This document shows, one piece after another, positions 27,092 through 35,872 of a stretch of DNA of 59,445 nt. Location of the stretch: positions 1 to 59,445 of the IMG/VR virus record IMGVR_UViG_3300017727_000011; one strand, written 5' to 3'. Numbering within the stretch: position 1 is the stretch's first letter; each line of letters opens with the position of its first letter. This DNA comes from a virus (Duplodnaviria > Caudoviricetes). The position numbers and the translations under genes are program-made. The notes under the pieces were generated by a model that did no database searches, was not told the origin of the DNA, and worked only from the letters and a program-made list of their open reading frames with translations.

Positions 27092-27255
27092 TTTTTTATC
27101 TATATAGATATATATACAATAATATATATATAAAAAATTTTTTCATTTCATTTTTTTCACGTAATCAAGTAATATTATATATATATTATATATAAATCAA
27201 CAATAGTAGCCATTACATGACTATTACCTTTGTCTTACACCATTACACAATATTG
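27092..27255. other. AT-rich intergenic region with GTAAT/ATTAC repeats (candidate replication origin)
   Basis: (TA)n runs; gtaat twice, then attac/ttac four times in the opposite orientation. Confidence 0.4.
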
Positions 27256-27276
27256 AAAATAATCGTTTTAAGAAGT

Positions 27277-27645
27277 CTAGCCTTTATAGGCTTTGCCGTA
27301 TCCACGTTTAGCTAAACGACCTGCCACACGAGGCTTAGAACGGGTTTTTGAGGTATTTTTAGATACCATTCCACCCCTCTTCATCTTAATCACAACTCCA
27401 CCTGTTTTTCCTGTTGTTGGAACATCACCAGAGTCTTTTTGTTTCTGCATTTGTCGAATAATTGTTTTGAAATTATCGAAGTCTTCTTGTGTATCTATAT
27501 CTCTCCAACTATCTACACCAAGGGCCTCTTGAGCACTGTTTACTATGTCATTATCATATTGCAAACCACCACCAAAAGTGAAAGTTTTGTCCAGAAATAG
27601 ACCTATTTTTTCTTTAATTCCTGTTTTTTTCTTTTCTTCAGCCAT
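27277..27645 (-). CDS. Small protein with basic xxGG-containing C-terminus
   Basis: GKTGG, MKRGG, AGRLAKRGYGKA. Confidence 0.7.
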   Translation of the reverse strand: MAEEKKKTGIKEKIGLFLDKTFTFGGGLQYDNDIVNSAQEALGVDSWRDIDTQEDFDNFKTIIRQMQKQKDSGDVPTTGKTGGVVIKMKRGGMVSKNTSKTRSKPRVAGRLAKRGYGKAYKG

Positions 27646-27779
27646 TATTTTTTCCTTACTGTTTGCTTTGCTCTAGCAAAAGCTTTCGCGGTGGGAGCAC
27701 CTTTTGAATTCTTTTTTCTCATTTTTTCTCCACGTTTTCTTTTCGCATGAATGTTAGCATAAAGACCAGGACGAGACAT
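27645..27779 (-). CDS. Small basic protein (44 aa, not in ORF track)
   Basis: MSRPGLYANIHAKRKRGEKMRKKNSKGAPTAKAFARAKQTVRKK; TAATG coupling at both ends. Confidence 0.75.
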   Translation of the reverse strand: MSRPGLYANIHAKRKRGEKMRKKNSKGAPTAKAFARAKQTVRKK

Positions 27780-28087
27780 TACTTCTTTTTTCTTTTAGTG
27801 GATTTCTTTTTCATCATTTTAAAATCCGCACCTGTAATTTTACCGTCTTTGTTCTTGTCTAATTTTTTTTGACCACCAACAAGACCACCATTTTTCTTCT
27901 CTTCAATTTTTCTAATAGCTTTGTCCATTTTAGCATATGTATTTTTTAAGCCACTAGTCTCATAGTATCTTAGACCAGCTGGTGAAAGACCAAGTCTACC
28001 TTTTTCAACATAAGTTTTGGCACCTTCGTCATTTTTTTTACGACCTAATAAACCAAGTCCTTTTTTAGCAATTCCAAATATACTCAT
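27779..28087 (-). CDS. Small basic protein with EF-hand-like loop
   Basis: KKNGG; LDKNKDGKITGADF. Confidence 0.7.
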   Translation of the reverse strand: MSIFGIAKKGLGLLGRKKNDEGAKTYVEKGRLGLSPAGLRYYETSGLKNTYAKMDKAIRKIEEKKNGGLVGGQKKLDKNKDGKITGADFKMMKKKSTKRKKK

Positions 28088-28102
28088 AAGAAATAAATAT
28101 CA

Positions 28103-28351
28103 CTAATGAAGAGTTTTGCCTAGTTTTTTCTTGAGCCGTGAGGCGTGATCCTTGTCCCTTTTCCCTTGCTCTTCTACCTCTAGCTCCACTTCCACATCAA
28201 CCTTGAGGCATGGACAATTCACCAAAATATACGTTTCATAAATAGGAACATAAAGTTCCCCTGTATCTTTACAAAGGCTACAATCGTATTTCTTTTTTAA
28301 TTCGATTTTTCGTCGAGACTTGGTATGTACTTTTTTCCTGTTTTTTCCCAT
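28103..28351 (-). CDS. Small Zn-finger-like protein
   Basis: CSLCKDTG...CPC. Confidence 0.55.
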   Translation of the reverse strand: MGKNRKKVHTKSRRKIELKKKYDCSLCKDTGELYVPIYETYILVNCPCLKVDVEVELEVEEQGKRDKDHASRLKKKLGKTLH

Positions 28352-28485
28352 GCTTCATAAATCATTTCTATAGCTTTATCAGCTAAGGTATTAATAGGAA
28401 TATGAGTGTTTAATTTAATCTCAGCTAATTTTTCATATCCTGGCTTATTTACGGCAACAGATTTATATTTATTTATATCAGTCAT
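28297..28485 (-). CDS. Putative ribbon-helix-helix DNA-binding protein
   Basis: KYKSVAV strand followed by two helices. Confidence 0.55.
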   Translation of the reverse strand: MTDINKYKSVAVNKPGYEKLAEIKLNTHIPINTLADKAIEMIYEAWEKTGKKYIPSLDEKSN

Positions 28486-28510
28486 TTTTTTCTCGGCTTT
28501 CTACTTTCTT

Positions 28511-30388
28511 TTATTTACCAGCTTCACCCCAAGTTTTTCCTACTCGAACATTTACGACACTAGGAACTTTTAACTTATCCACGCAAGTTTCCATAATTTC
28601 TCGTACTCTATCAACTTCTTGGGAGTTTTCAAGAGATATATCAAGTTCATCATGGATTGCAATATCGGCAACAATACCTTCTTCAAACAAAGTCAGCATA
28701 GCTTGTTTCGTTTGATCAGCGGCACTCCCCTGAATTAATTTATTCAAGGATTTATACGTAAAGGCACGTTTAATGTCATTACCATATTCGACAACTGCTT
28801 CTGGGTGAGGAAGAGCTTTATTAATTCCAAAGCGATTAGGTTCCCATAAAGGAAATCGACATTTACGACCTAACAGAGTTCGGATATGTCCATGTTTACT
28901 AGCAGTACGCATAGCAATGTCTTGTAGCTCTTTGACAAAAGGAATGGATTGATGATACTTTTTTAATATTACTTCTGCGTCTTGAATCTCGAGGCCTAAG
29001 TCAGTAGCCATTTTTCCTTTACCCATACCATACATAATACCTAAGTTAATACTCTTCGCTTCTTCACGAGTAATATCAGCCATGTCCGCTACCATTTGAT
29101 GAAAGTCTACTTCACTGCCTTCATTGTATTTGGTTAAAACATCTTCACTACCGGTCAAACCACCTTTGGAACTTAATGCATAGTGAACCAAGATGCGTGG
29201 TTCTTGTTGCGAGTAATCAAACACATGCCACTTCTTTCCTTCCTCAGGTAAGAACGCACCTTTAATCATTTGTGCAACACGTTTATCACGTGCTGGAATG
29301 TTTTGAAGGTTAGGATTAGAATAGCTCATACGCCCTGTCACCGCTCCTCCGTCTTCACCCTTCATCTGATTAATCGATGCATGAACTCTTCCTTTATAAA
29401 TATGTTTTTTCATACCCGCTAAAAAAGTATTTCTCGTTTTATAAACTTCACGGGCCTGAACGATCATCTGGGGAAACTCATGGACATGGGTATTTAAAAA
29501 ATTCTTTTGGAACGAAGGCTCATTAGATTTTTCGGTGCGAGGATAGGGTAGCTTTAAATGATCAAAAGCTTTGGCAACGCTTCTTGCAGCGTGAATCTCG
29601 ACATCAAAACCCACATACTTTTTTATCTTCGCTATCAGTCTTTTTTCTTCCGCTAATAATTCAGCATCAAGGTTATAAAGTTTTTCTTCATCAATACGCA
29701 CCCCTTTTTTCTTCATGGCATAGGTCACAGGGATTAAACGTTCTTCTAAATCAAGAATATGGGTGCACTCTTGTTTTTCAATTTCATGCATTAAACGATT
29801 GTATAATTTCAATGTTAAGACTGTATCTTGTTCCGCATAGCGACCTACATACATCGGAGGTAATCTCCACATTTCACTTTTCGCATCAACATTAAATTCT
29901 GTAGCGGCCTCTCTTAGTGCTGATTCATCTTTCGTTTCCCCAACGTAGTCATAACCTAGTGAGTTCAAGGAGTAGTAGGTTCGATTTTCATCGATTAAAG
30001 GTGCCATGATCATTGTATCTTTAATACGACCACGCAAGGAAAAGCCCTCAGCCTCTAACCACCCTATGTCATAGGAAGAATTATGAAATAATTTAGGGCA
30101 ATCAGAATTGAAGATTTTTTGTAAAGGATCACGAATGATATTTAAATCAAAGTTGCCACCGCCTTCATGTGCAATTGGAAAATAACCAGTCCAACCATCA
30201 ACGGCAAGAGATATTCCCGCAACAAAGCCGTCTTGACGGAAATATCCAGGACCCAATTTTTTAAGATTCGGATCACTAGTCTCAACATCAATTGCAATAC
30301 AAGAAGCCGAAGATAAATCTGGAACACTTTGAGGAGGCATCCATTCAGGAGGTGCTGTTTTTGCTTTTGGAAATTTGTTATCATTCAT
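28511..30388 (-). CDS. polA: Family A DNA polymerase with 3'-5' exonuclease (Leu762 type)
   Basis: AIDVET, TGRMSYSNPNLQNIP, DYSQQEPR, EAKSINLGIMYG, IQGSAAD, IHDEL. Confidence 0.95.
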   Translation of the reverse strand: MNDNKFPKAKTAPPEWMPPQSVPDLSSASCIAIDVETSDPNLKKLGPGYFRQDGFVAGISLAVDGWTGYFPIAHEGGGNFDLNIIRDPLQKIFNSDCPKLFHNSSYDIGWLEAEGFSLRGRIKDTMIMAPLIDENRTYYSLNSLGYDYVGETKDESALREAATEFNVDAKSEMWRLPPMYVGRYAEQDTVLTLKLYNRLMHEIEKQECTHILDLEERLIPVTYAMKKKGVRIDEEKLYNLDAELLAEEKRLIAKIKKYVGFDVEIHAARSVAKAFDHLKLPYPRTEKSNEPSFQKNFLNTHVHEFPQMIVQAREVYKTRNTFLAGMKKHIYKGRVHASINQMKGEDGGAVTGRMSYSNPNLQNIPARDKRVAQMIKGAFLPEEGKKWHVFDYSQQEPRILVHYALSSKGGLTGSEDVLTKYNEGSEVDFHQMVADMADITREEAKSINLGIMYGMGKGKMATDLGLEIQDAEVILKKYHQSIPFVKELQDIAMRTASKHGHIRTLLGRKCRFPLWEPNRFGINKALPHPEAVVEYGNDIKRAFTYKSLNKLIQGSAADQTKQAMLTLFEEGIVADIAIHDELDISLENSQEVDRVREIMETCVDKLKVPSVVNVRVGKTWGEAGK

Positions 30389-30587
30389 CTTGTTTGCTTT
30401 CTGATAATTCTTTTTTTACTTGCATGTGTTTTAAATAATAAGTTGCCGCTTTTGTAATATCTTCATGAAGCATCGGTAGATTACCAATGTCTAATTCAAC
30501 AGGATTACCTATCTCATTATTAACTTTTGTTACTTCGTCTCTTGTTAAACTTACTAATAGTTTTCCGTCTTGATAAATTATTCTCAT
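30381..30587 (-). CDS. Hypothetical protein
   Basis: ORF coupled to both neighbours. Confidence 0.65.
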   Translation of the reverse strand: MRIIYQDGKLLVSLTRDEVTKVNNEIGNPVELDIGNLPMLHEDITKAATYYLKHMQVKKELSESKQDE

Positions 30588-32119
30588 TGAAATATCTCCG
30601 TAAATTCTCTACTGCCTTCGGCTCTAATAATGTGTAATGATTTTTTTGCTCTTGTTGCTCCCACGTAAAATACTCTCCTTTCGCTATCAATGTTCGATAG
30701 CAGTTTATCTTCTGTCTTCTTTGACAGATCTGTTAATAACATCACATGATCAGCTTCTCCACCTTTTGATCCGTGAATCGTGCTGAGTTTTATTCGAGGC
30801 GGAGTTGTCAGCATTGTTTCATCTTTTTGTAGCATCGTCTTTACATACAAAGATTTATTCTCACTTACTTTATCAAGGGCATGATGCCAAGGATAATTTG
30901 CATGAGCTACTAAACCGTGATTTTGTTGTAAGTCTTTCATTGAAAACATTTGTCCCGGAAGAACTTGAATGTTTAAAGTTTTATGTCCTCGCTTAACACG
31001 ATTACCAACAGACATATAATAATACAAATCTTTAACATCAGAAAATTCTACATCTTGACCTGTGCGAAGTTTTTCCCATGTTTCAATTGCTTTTAAAAGT
31101 TTGGAACTGACACTTGGTTGATTACCTCGAATAAAGTGATGTCCAAATTGTTTTAAGTCGTGTTCTATATTATCTAATAAATAATTAGCACGAGCTAAGA
31201 TAAGCCACTCGCCATGATCAAAACTACTTGCATTGAGTTTATAAGCATAGGATTGCGTAAAACCTCGATACTTTCTAGGTTTCCAAAGCTTTTGTTTTCG
31301 ATGTTGGATTCTTTGGACTAAACGATCTGCTACTTCATGATTTGTTTGCGGTACACGATATGATTGATTTAACACTTCTGTTTCCCAATCAAGATCAACC
31401 AAACGACCACTATCAGCTCCCGCCCAATCGAAGATAGCTTGATCATCATCTCCCGCTACATAGACTCGTGTGGCGTGAGCCATGATCTTGTTAATCACGT
31501 TCCACTGTAACCACGACAAGTCTTGTGCTTCATCAACAATTAATACTTCTAACTTTGGCGATGTCCCGATCTGTACAAAATCCATAAGCATGTCCGTATA
31601 ATCTTTCACGTTCATGGTTTCTTTGTACTTAATCAATGATTCAATGACGTACTTTGTTTTAAAAAAGCCACCATCAATACGACCAAAGCGATTGTATTCA
31701 TCTTCTAATGTAGTTCCCCTCGCTCTGGATAAATCATAGACACGAAGATGTTCATTATTGTGTACAGATACGCCAACTTCATCAGCTGAAGTGACATTGA
31801 GGAGGGGAACTTTTATTACCTCAGCCAATTCTCGATAGTGCTGAGGTGTCATAACTTCATCGGAGTTATAATTTAAATTTTTAAAAACAAAACTATGAAT
31901 AGTGCGAAACCAAATTAATTCTTTTTTGGTAAGATTAAATTTATTACCAGCTCGTTCCACTGCTTCTTGAGCCGCTTTGCGTGTAAAAGCAAGATAGGCA
32001 ATTCGATCAGGTGGAACGCCCCTAGCTAATTCTTCTTCAACAATAGATAATAACCTTGTTGTTTTTCCTGTACCAGGAGGTCCGAAAATTATTTTTTTAG
32101 ACAATGTGACAGTCTCCAT
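30584..32119 (-). CDS. Superfamily 1 (UvrD/RecB-like) helicase
   Basis: GPPGTGKTT, VDEAQD, GDDDQAIF, STIHGSKGGE, YVGATRAK. Confidence 0.92.
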   Translation of the reverse strand: METVTLSKKIIFGPPGTGKTTRLLSIVEEELARGVPPDRIAYLAFTRKAAQEAVERAGNKFNLTKKELIWFRTIHSFVFKNLNYNSDEVMTPQHYRELAEVIKVPLLNVTSADEVGVSVHNNEHLRVYDLSRARGTTLEDEYNRFGRIDGGFFKTKYVIESLIKYKETMNVKDYTDMLMDFVQIGTSPKLEVLIVDEAQDLSWLQWNVINKIMAHATRVYVAGDDDQAIFDWAGADSGRLVDLDWETEVLNQSYRVPQTNHEVADRLVQRIQHRKQKLWKPRKYRGFTQSYAYKLNASSFDHGEWLILARANYLLDNIEHDLKQFGHHFIRGNQPSVSSKLLKAIETWEKLRTGQDVEFSDVKDLYYYMSVGNRVKRGHKTLNIQVLPGQMFSMKDLQQNHGLVAHANYPWHHALDKVSENKSLYVKTMLQKDETMLTTPPRIKLSTIHGSKGGEADHVMLLTDLSKKTEDKLLSNIDSERRVFYVGATRAKKSLHIIRAEGSREFTEIFQ

Positions 32120-32393
32120 TTTCTGTGACGTAAATAAATTTAACGCCTAATTTTTTTTGTTCATCTGACTTCTTGGAATAAATACGTCTACCCCTGTGTC
32201 GAGATACTTTAACTTTATCAGAATAATATCGTTCTGTCTTAACATCGAAGAGATGCACTGATCCCTGACGAAACCCAATGATATCTACAGGACCAATTTT
32301 ATAAATATTATCAAAGGGAATGTAGCCATGTTCAGCTAACCATACCAAAGCAAATTGATGGGAGATCATTCCTTTCAAATGTTGTTTATACAT
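32097..32393 (-). CDS. Small PD-(D/E)XK nuclease-like protein
   Basis: GPVDII...LFDVK. Confidence 0.6.
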   Translation of the reverse strand: MYKQHLKGMISHQFALVWLAEHGYIPFDNIYKIGPVDIIGFRQGSVHLFDVKTERYYSDKVKVSRHRGRRIYSKKSDEQKKLGVKFIYVTENGDCHIV

Positions 32394-32574
32394 TGTCTCT
32401 TTTCTTACTTAATTGAATTGCACTTTCTAAAACTAAAGCTTGAGCATTAGTAAAATAATTTCTACCTAATAATTTTTCAGCAAGTTCTCTTGCACGTTTT
32501 CTTTTGGCTCGTTCCAATTTATATTTTACAGAACCTCTGTGATCAAAATGTTCATAAGTTGGTTTATGTTTCAT
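32386..32574 (-). CDS. Hypothetical protein
   Basis: Packed, co-oriented ORF. Confidence 0.55.
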   Translation of the reverse strand: MKHKPTYEHFDHRGSVKYKLERAKRKRARELAEKLLGRNYFTNAQALVLESAIQLSKKRDNV

Positions 32575-32821
32575 CCTTACTATCCTTTTTGTTTACATAT
32601 TGAGCAATGATTTTTCTTTCATAGTCTTCAAAAATAAGAGCTTGAATTTCTTGTTTTGATCTTGCAGTAAGATTTACTTCATCAAATTTTCTTTTAGTGT
32701 GATAATTGTTTTCGTCTGAAATTATTATTTCTGCCTCCAACTTAATGAGTTTAATATTAAAATTTAAACAATGATTAGTTCCTTTAAACATTGTTCCCCA
32801 TAATTTAGGTCCTTTTTTCAC
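32564..32821 (-). CDS. Hypothetical protein
   Basis: Packed, co-oriented ORF. Confidence 0.55.
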   Translation of the reverse strand: MKKGPKLWGTMFKGTNHCLNFNIKLIKLEAEIIISDENNYHTKRKFDEVNLTARSKQEIQALIFEDYERKIIAQYVNKKDSKDET

Positions 32822-34380
32822 AACAACGCCTCCGAACCGTCATCCATATCAGGTACAGAAAAACTTGTTTGTTGTAATCTTTCATAAGGCACCATCCAAA
32901 CAAATTCTGTTTTACCATTAATAGATAATCGGTGATGCCCACCACTTCTCTTTAACTTAATGTGAGCAGACATTTCTGTTGTAGACATGCCTTTAAATTT
33001 TTTCTTTTCTTCCACATAATTTATTAAAAATTCCATTTTAAAATATGCTTTTGTTTGTTCACTCTTTTCATCTTTTTCAAAAAGAACATTTCCTAGTTTT
33101 ATCTGTTCTCTTGTATCAGCGACAGGAGTTTCATCTAAAAAAGAATTTAATAAATTATCAAATCTTCCAACCTTTGTTATCTCTCTTGGCATTTCAATAA
33201 CTTGTACTTTAGAAAGTAATTCATTTAACAATCGTATCCATTTCTTTTGAGGCATGGGTTCTGGAAAAGGAATAATGTTAATTTCATCAATACACCTTTT
33301 TAAAAACAAACTTTGTGAAAATAATTCATCTGTATTTAATGCAATAGGTTTTCCATCAATGTTCATAAACCATATAGAATCATCTGATTGATATTTTCTT
33401 AGATCAGATAATTGTGAAGCATAGTCTTCACCAATACCAAATTGTCGAACAGAACATTCTGTAGAATTACAATGATTACACATGGGAGGCACTTTACATT
33501 TATATTGATACTCTTGTTTTTTGTGTTGGTTAATTGTCTTCATTACCTGTGAACTACTCAGGGGTGGTTGCATAAAGTCTCTATTAAACTCATCAATTTT
33601 TTGTGACCATACGTTCTCATCATTCCATTTCTTCTTCGCATAGACAGCATATTGATATAGAGCTTCATCACGACCACCCTCTGGTATTCCCAAAGTCATC
33701 ATAGTTTGTAGACAAGGAGGCCCATCGCTAAGGGGAGTATCGCTAGTATTTTTTTCCTTAGCTTTCAGCTTTGAGAATTTTTTTGGATCAACGGCAACTT
33801 CATCATAATAATCTAAAAATTGAGAAAGCTTCAGTGCATTGCCGTCTTCATCATATGCATATCGCATAGAGTTTTCACCTTCAAAGTAAGGTAAGTTTAA
33901 AAAGTTTCCTGTATCACCTCTATCAGTTCTAATTTCAATTTGTTTAGGAAAAATTTCACTAGAGGCATAACCAAGTAACGATGCAAATTCTTGTAATTTT
34001 TTTCTCATCATTACTGCTGGTATAAAATCAGTTGTAAATAAAAATAAATGGCATCCCCCAGATTTAGACCTAAAAACTGTAAGAGGTATCTTTTTTTCTT
34101 TCAGTGATAGTGAGATTTTCTTGTGATCGAGAGGGTAAACGTCGACATCAATACAACCCCACTTGCACTTACTATCATCATTAATAGGAATAACTCCGAG
34201 AGATGCTCCCTCTCCTTTCAAATGCTTTTGCCAATTTACATCGGTGATAGGTTCTTGAACAACCTTACCCGTACCTTTGACTTTATTTTTATCAGATACT
34301 TCACCTGAAATAATAAAGATTCCATAGGCACGATTAAGACCTTCAAATATTTGTTTAAACTTATCGATCATGTAGGGCAA
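32818..34380 (-). CDS. AEP-type primase with PriCT-like domain
   Basis: WGCIDVD, RSKSGGCHLF, GNFLNLPY, PPCL..., EGGRDEAL. Confidence 0.8.
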   Translation of the reverse strand: MPYMIDKFKQIFEGLNRAYGIFIISGEVSDKNKVKGTGKVVQEPITDVNWQKHLKGEGASLGVIPINDDSKCKWGCIDVDVYPLDHKKISLSLKEKKIPLTVFRSKSGGCHLFLFTTDFIPAVMMRKKLQEFASLLGYASSEIFPKQIEIRTDRGDTGNFLNLPYFEGENSMRYAYDEDGNALKLSQFLDYYDEVAVDPKKFSKLKAKEKNTSDTPLSDGPPCLQTMMTLGIPEGGRDEALYQYAVYAKKKWNDENVWSQKIDEFNRDFMQPPLSSSQVMKTINQHKKQEYQYKCKVPPMCNHCNSTECSVRQFGIGEDYASQLSDLRKYQSDDSIWFMNIDGKPIALNTDELFSQSLFLKRCIDEINIIPFPEPMPQKKWIRLLNELLSKVQVIEMPREITKVGRFDNLLNSFLDETPVADTREQIKLGNVLFEKDEKSEQTKAYFKMEFLINYVEEKKKFKGMSTTEMSAHIKLKRSGGHHRLSINGKTEFVWMVPYERLQQTSFSVPDMDDGSEALL

Positions 34381-34383
34381 TTA

Positions 34384-34423
34384 GGGGCGGGGAAGAAAGG
34401 AGAGAATAAGAAGAAACCGCCCC
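34384..34423 (-). promoter_or_regulatory. GC hairpin with a 26-nt pyrimidine (anti-Shine-Dalgarno) loop
   Basis: GGGGCGG/CCGCCCC stem; loop UUUCUUCUUAUUCUCUCCUUUCUUCC; no U-tail. Confidence 0.6.
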
Positions 34424-34431
34424 CAAACTTT

Positions 34432-35247
34432 TTATATCATACCTGAGTCTTCATTGTCACTATTTGTTTCTGCCACTTCTACTTCAGGTTTGACTACTAC
34501 ATCACCTTTTGTAACAGATTGTGAGAATACTTTAGCGTCCTGTAAGACTTCAACATCTTTAACAGAATCTTCTAAAGATATATCCCAAACTGCCCAAGAC
34601 ATAGCATCCTTTTTTACAAGTTCACCTTTAAGCCTGTAAATGTATGCATAAGCGGGTGGTGTAAAAGGACCATTTTTACCTTCCATAACTTGTGATTTAA
34701 TCATGGTATTCAATAACTTTGCTTTCTTGAAATTTGTAGAAAACATAGATATTTGAGCGGGCTTCCATATTCCTTCTTCATCTTCAAATAACACAAAAAA
34801 GTTTCCATCAGTTCTTATATAAGTATCGGTCAATTCACCGTTTTCTATATAAACATCTTTTGACTCTACTTTTTTGGTCTTTGTTAAAATATCAGAAGAA
34901 GAATCATAGGCTCCTAAAAAACCACCACCTTTTTCAACTTCTTTCCAATGAGTATATTGTTTGATAAAAGCACAAGGAATAATTCTTATTCCCTCAGTCT
35001 TTTTCCAAACTTTCTGTGATATATTATGATAAATTTCAGCTTTTGATATTTCATCAGGAGCATCTTTAGCATTACCATGATATAATTTTAGTCTTGGTAG
35101 TTCTAAATCATTAGAACCAATATTTTGCGAACCATCTCCTGCGTTTTGTTCAAGAAATGAATCGATATTTAAAGTAGCTACTTCTGTATTTGCGTCTTTG
35201 GTAGCCACTGCACCCTTTTTCTTAGGTGTTGTTTTTCGTTTCGCCAT
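34432..35247 (-). CDS. Putative single-stranded DNA-binding protein
   Basis: Replication module; DLELPRLK motif; acidic C-terminal tail. Confidence 0.6.
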   Translation of the reverse strand: MAKRKTTPKKKGAVATKDANTEVATLNIDSFLEQNAGDGSQNIGSNDLELPRLKLYHGNAKDAPDEISKAEIYHNISQKVWKKTEGIRIIPCAFIKQYTHWKEVEKGGGFLGAYDSSSDILTKTKKVESKDVYIENGELTDTYIRTDGNFFVLFEDEEGIWKPAQISMFSTNFKKAKLLNTMIKSQVMEGKNGPFTPPAYAYIYRLKGELVKKDAMSWAVWDISLEDSVKDVEVLQDAKVFSQSVTKGDVVVKPEVEVAETNSDNEDSGMI

Positions 35248-35256
35248 ATTACCTCC

Positions 35257-35823
35257 TTAGGTTTTTGAAACTTTGGTTTTCTTGCCAATGTATAATCCAA
35301 AGAGGTCTTCTGGTATGCTAATACCCTTCTCTACGGCCTCTCTGCAAGTAGACTTCAGCGTGCCTGCGTGAATTGTTTCTGTATGTAATACAGGAAGTCC
35401 TTCAGCGTTAAGTTTTTCTTTAAGGGCAACTGCTTCAGCATCTTGTGTCTTATCAAATTGCACTGCAACCTGATTTTTAATAATAGTGCCAAGCCCTGCA
35501 TCTCTTAACCATTCATAGGCAGCAGATTTGTTAGCTTCACTAATATGAGCACGGATATCATTTACAATTGTTAATAGTAAACCATTATCTAATTTTAACT
35601 TAGATAAGCCAAGTTCATCCATGATTCCTGGTATTATTTCTTCCGATATCTTATCTCTAGATTTTTTCAAAGATTTAGTTTCACTTTCTTTCAATTCAAT
35701 CGCTTGATCATATTGAATAAGCTTTTTGACAGCCTCTGAAAGTGACTTTTGATCTTTTTCACTGGAGTTAAAATCCTGAAGGTCTTCTTCTAGTTGTGCT
35801 AGAATTTCAGATTGATTTTCCAT
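35257..35823 (-). CDS. Conserved phage replication-region protein
   Basis: Start MENQ behind AAAGGAG; IPGIMDELG, AYEWLR..G.G.IIK, IH..TLK motifs. Confidence 0.7.
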   Translation of the reverse strand: MENQSEILAQLEEDLQDFNSSEKDQKSLSEAVKKLIQYDQAIELKESETKSLKKSRDKISEEIIPGIMDELGLSKLKLDNGLLLTIVNDIRAHISEANKSAAYEWLRDAGLGTIIKNQVAVQFDKTQDAEAVALKEKLNAEGLPVLHTETIHAGTLKSTCREAVEKGISIPEDLFGLYIGKKTKVSKT

Positions 35824-35843
35824 TTGAACATCTCCTTTATTAT

Positions 35844-35872
35844 AATATAGTGGGAGAATATGAAATTTGCAA
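35844..35872 (-). promoter_or_regulatory. sigma70-like promoter of the replication operon
   Basis: TTGCAA-17-TATATT, with CTCCCA in the spacer. Confidence 0.65.
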
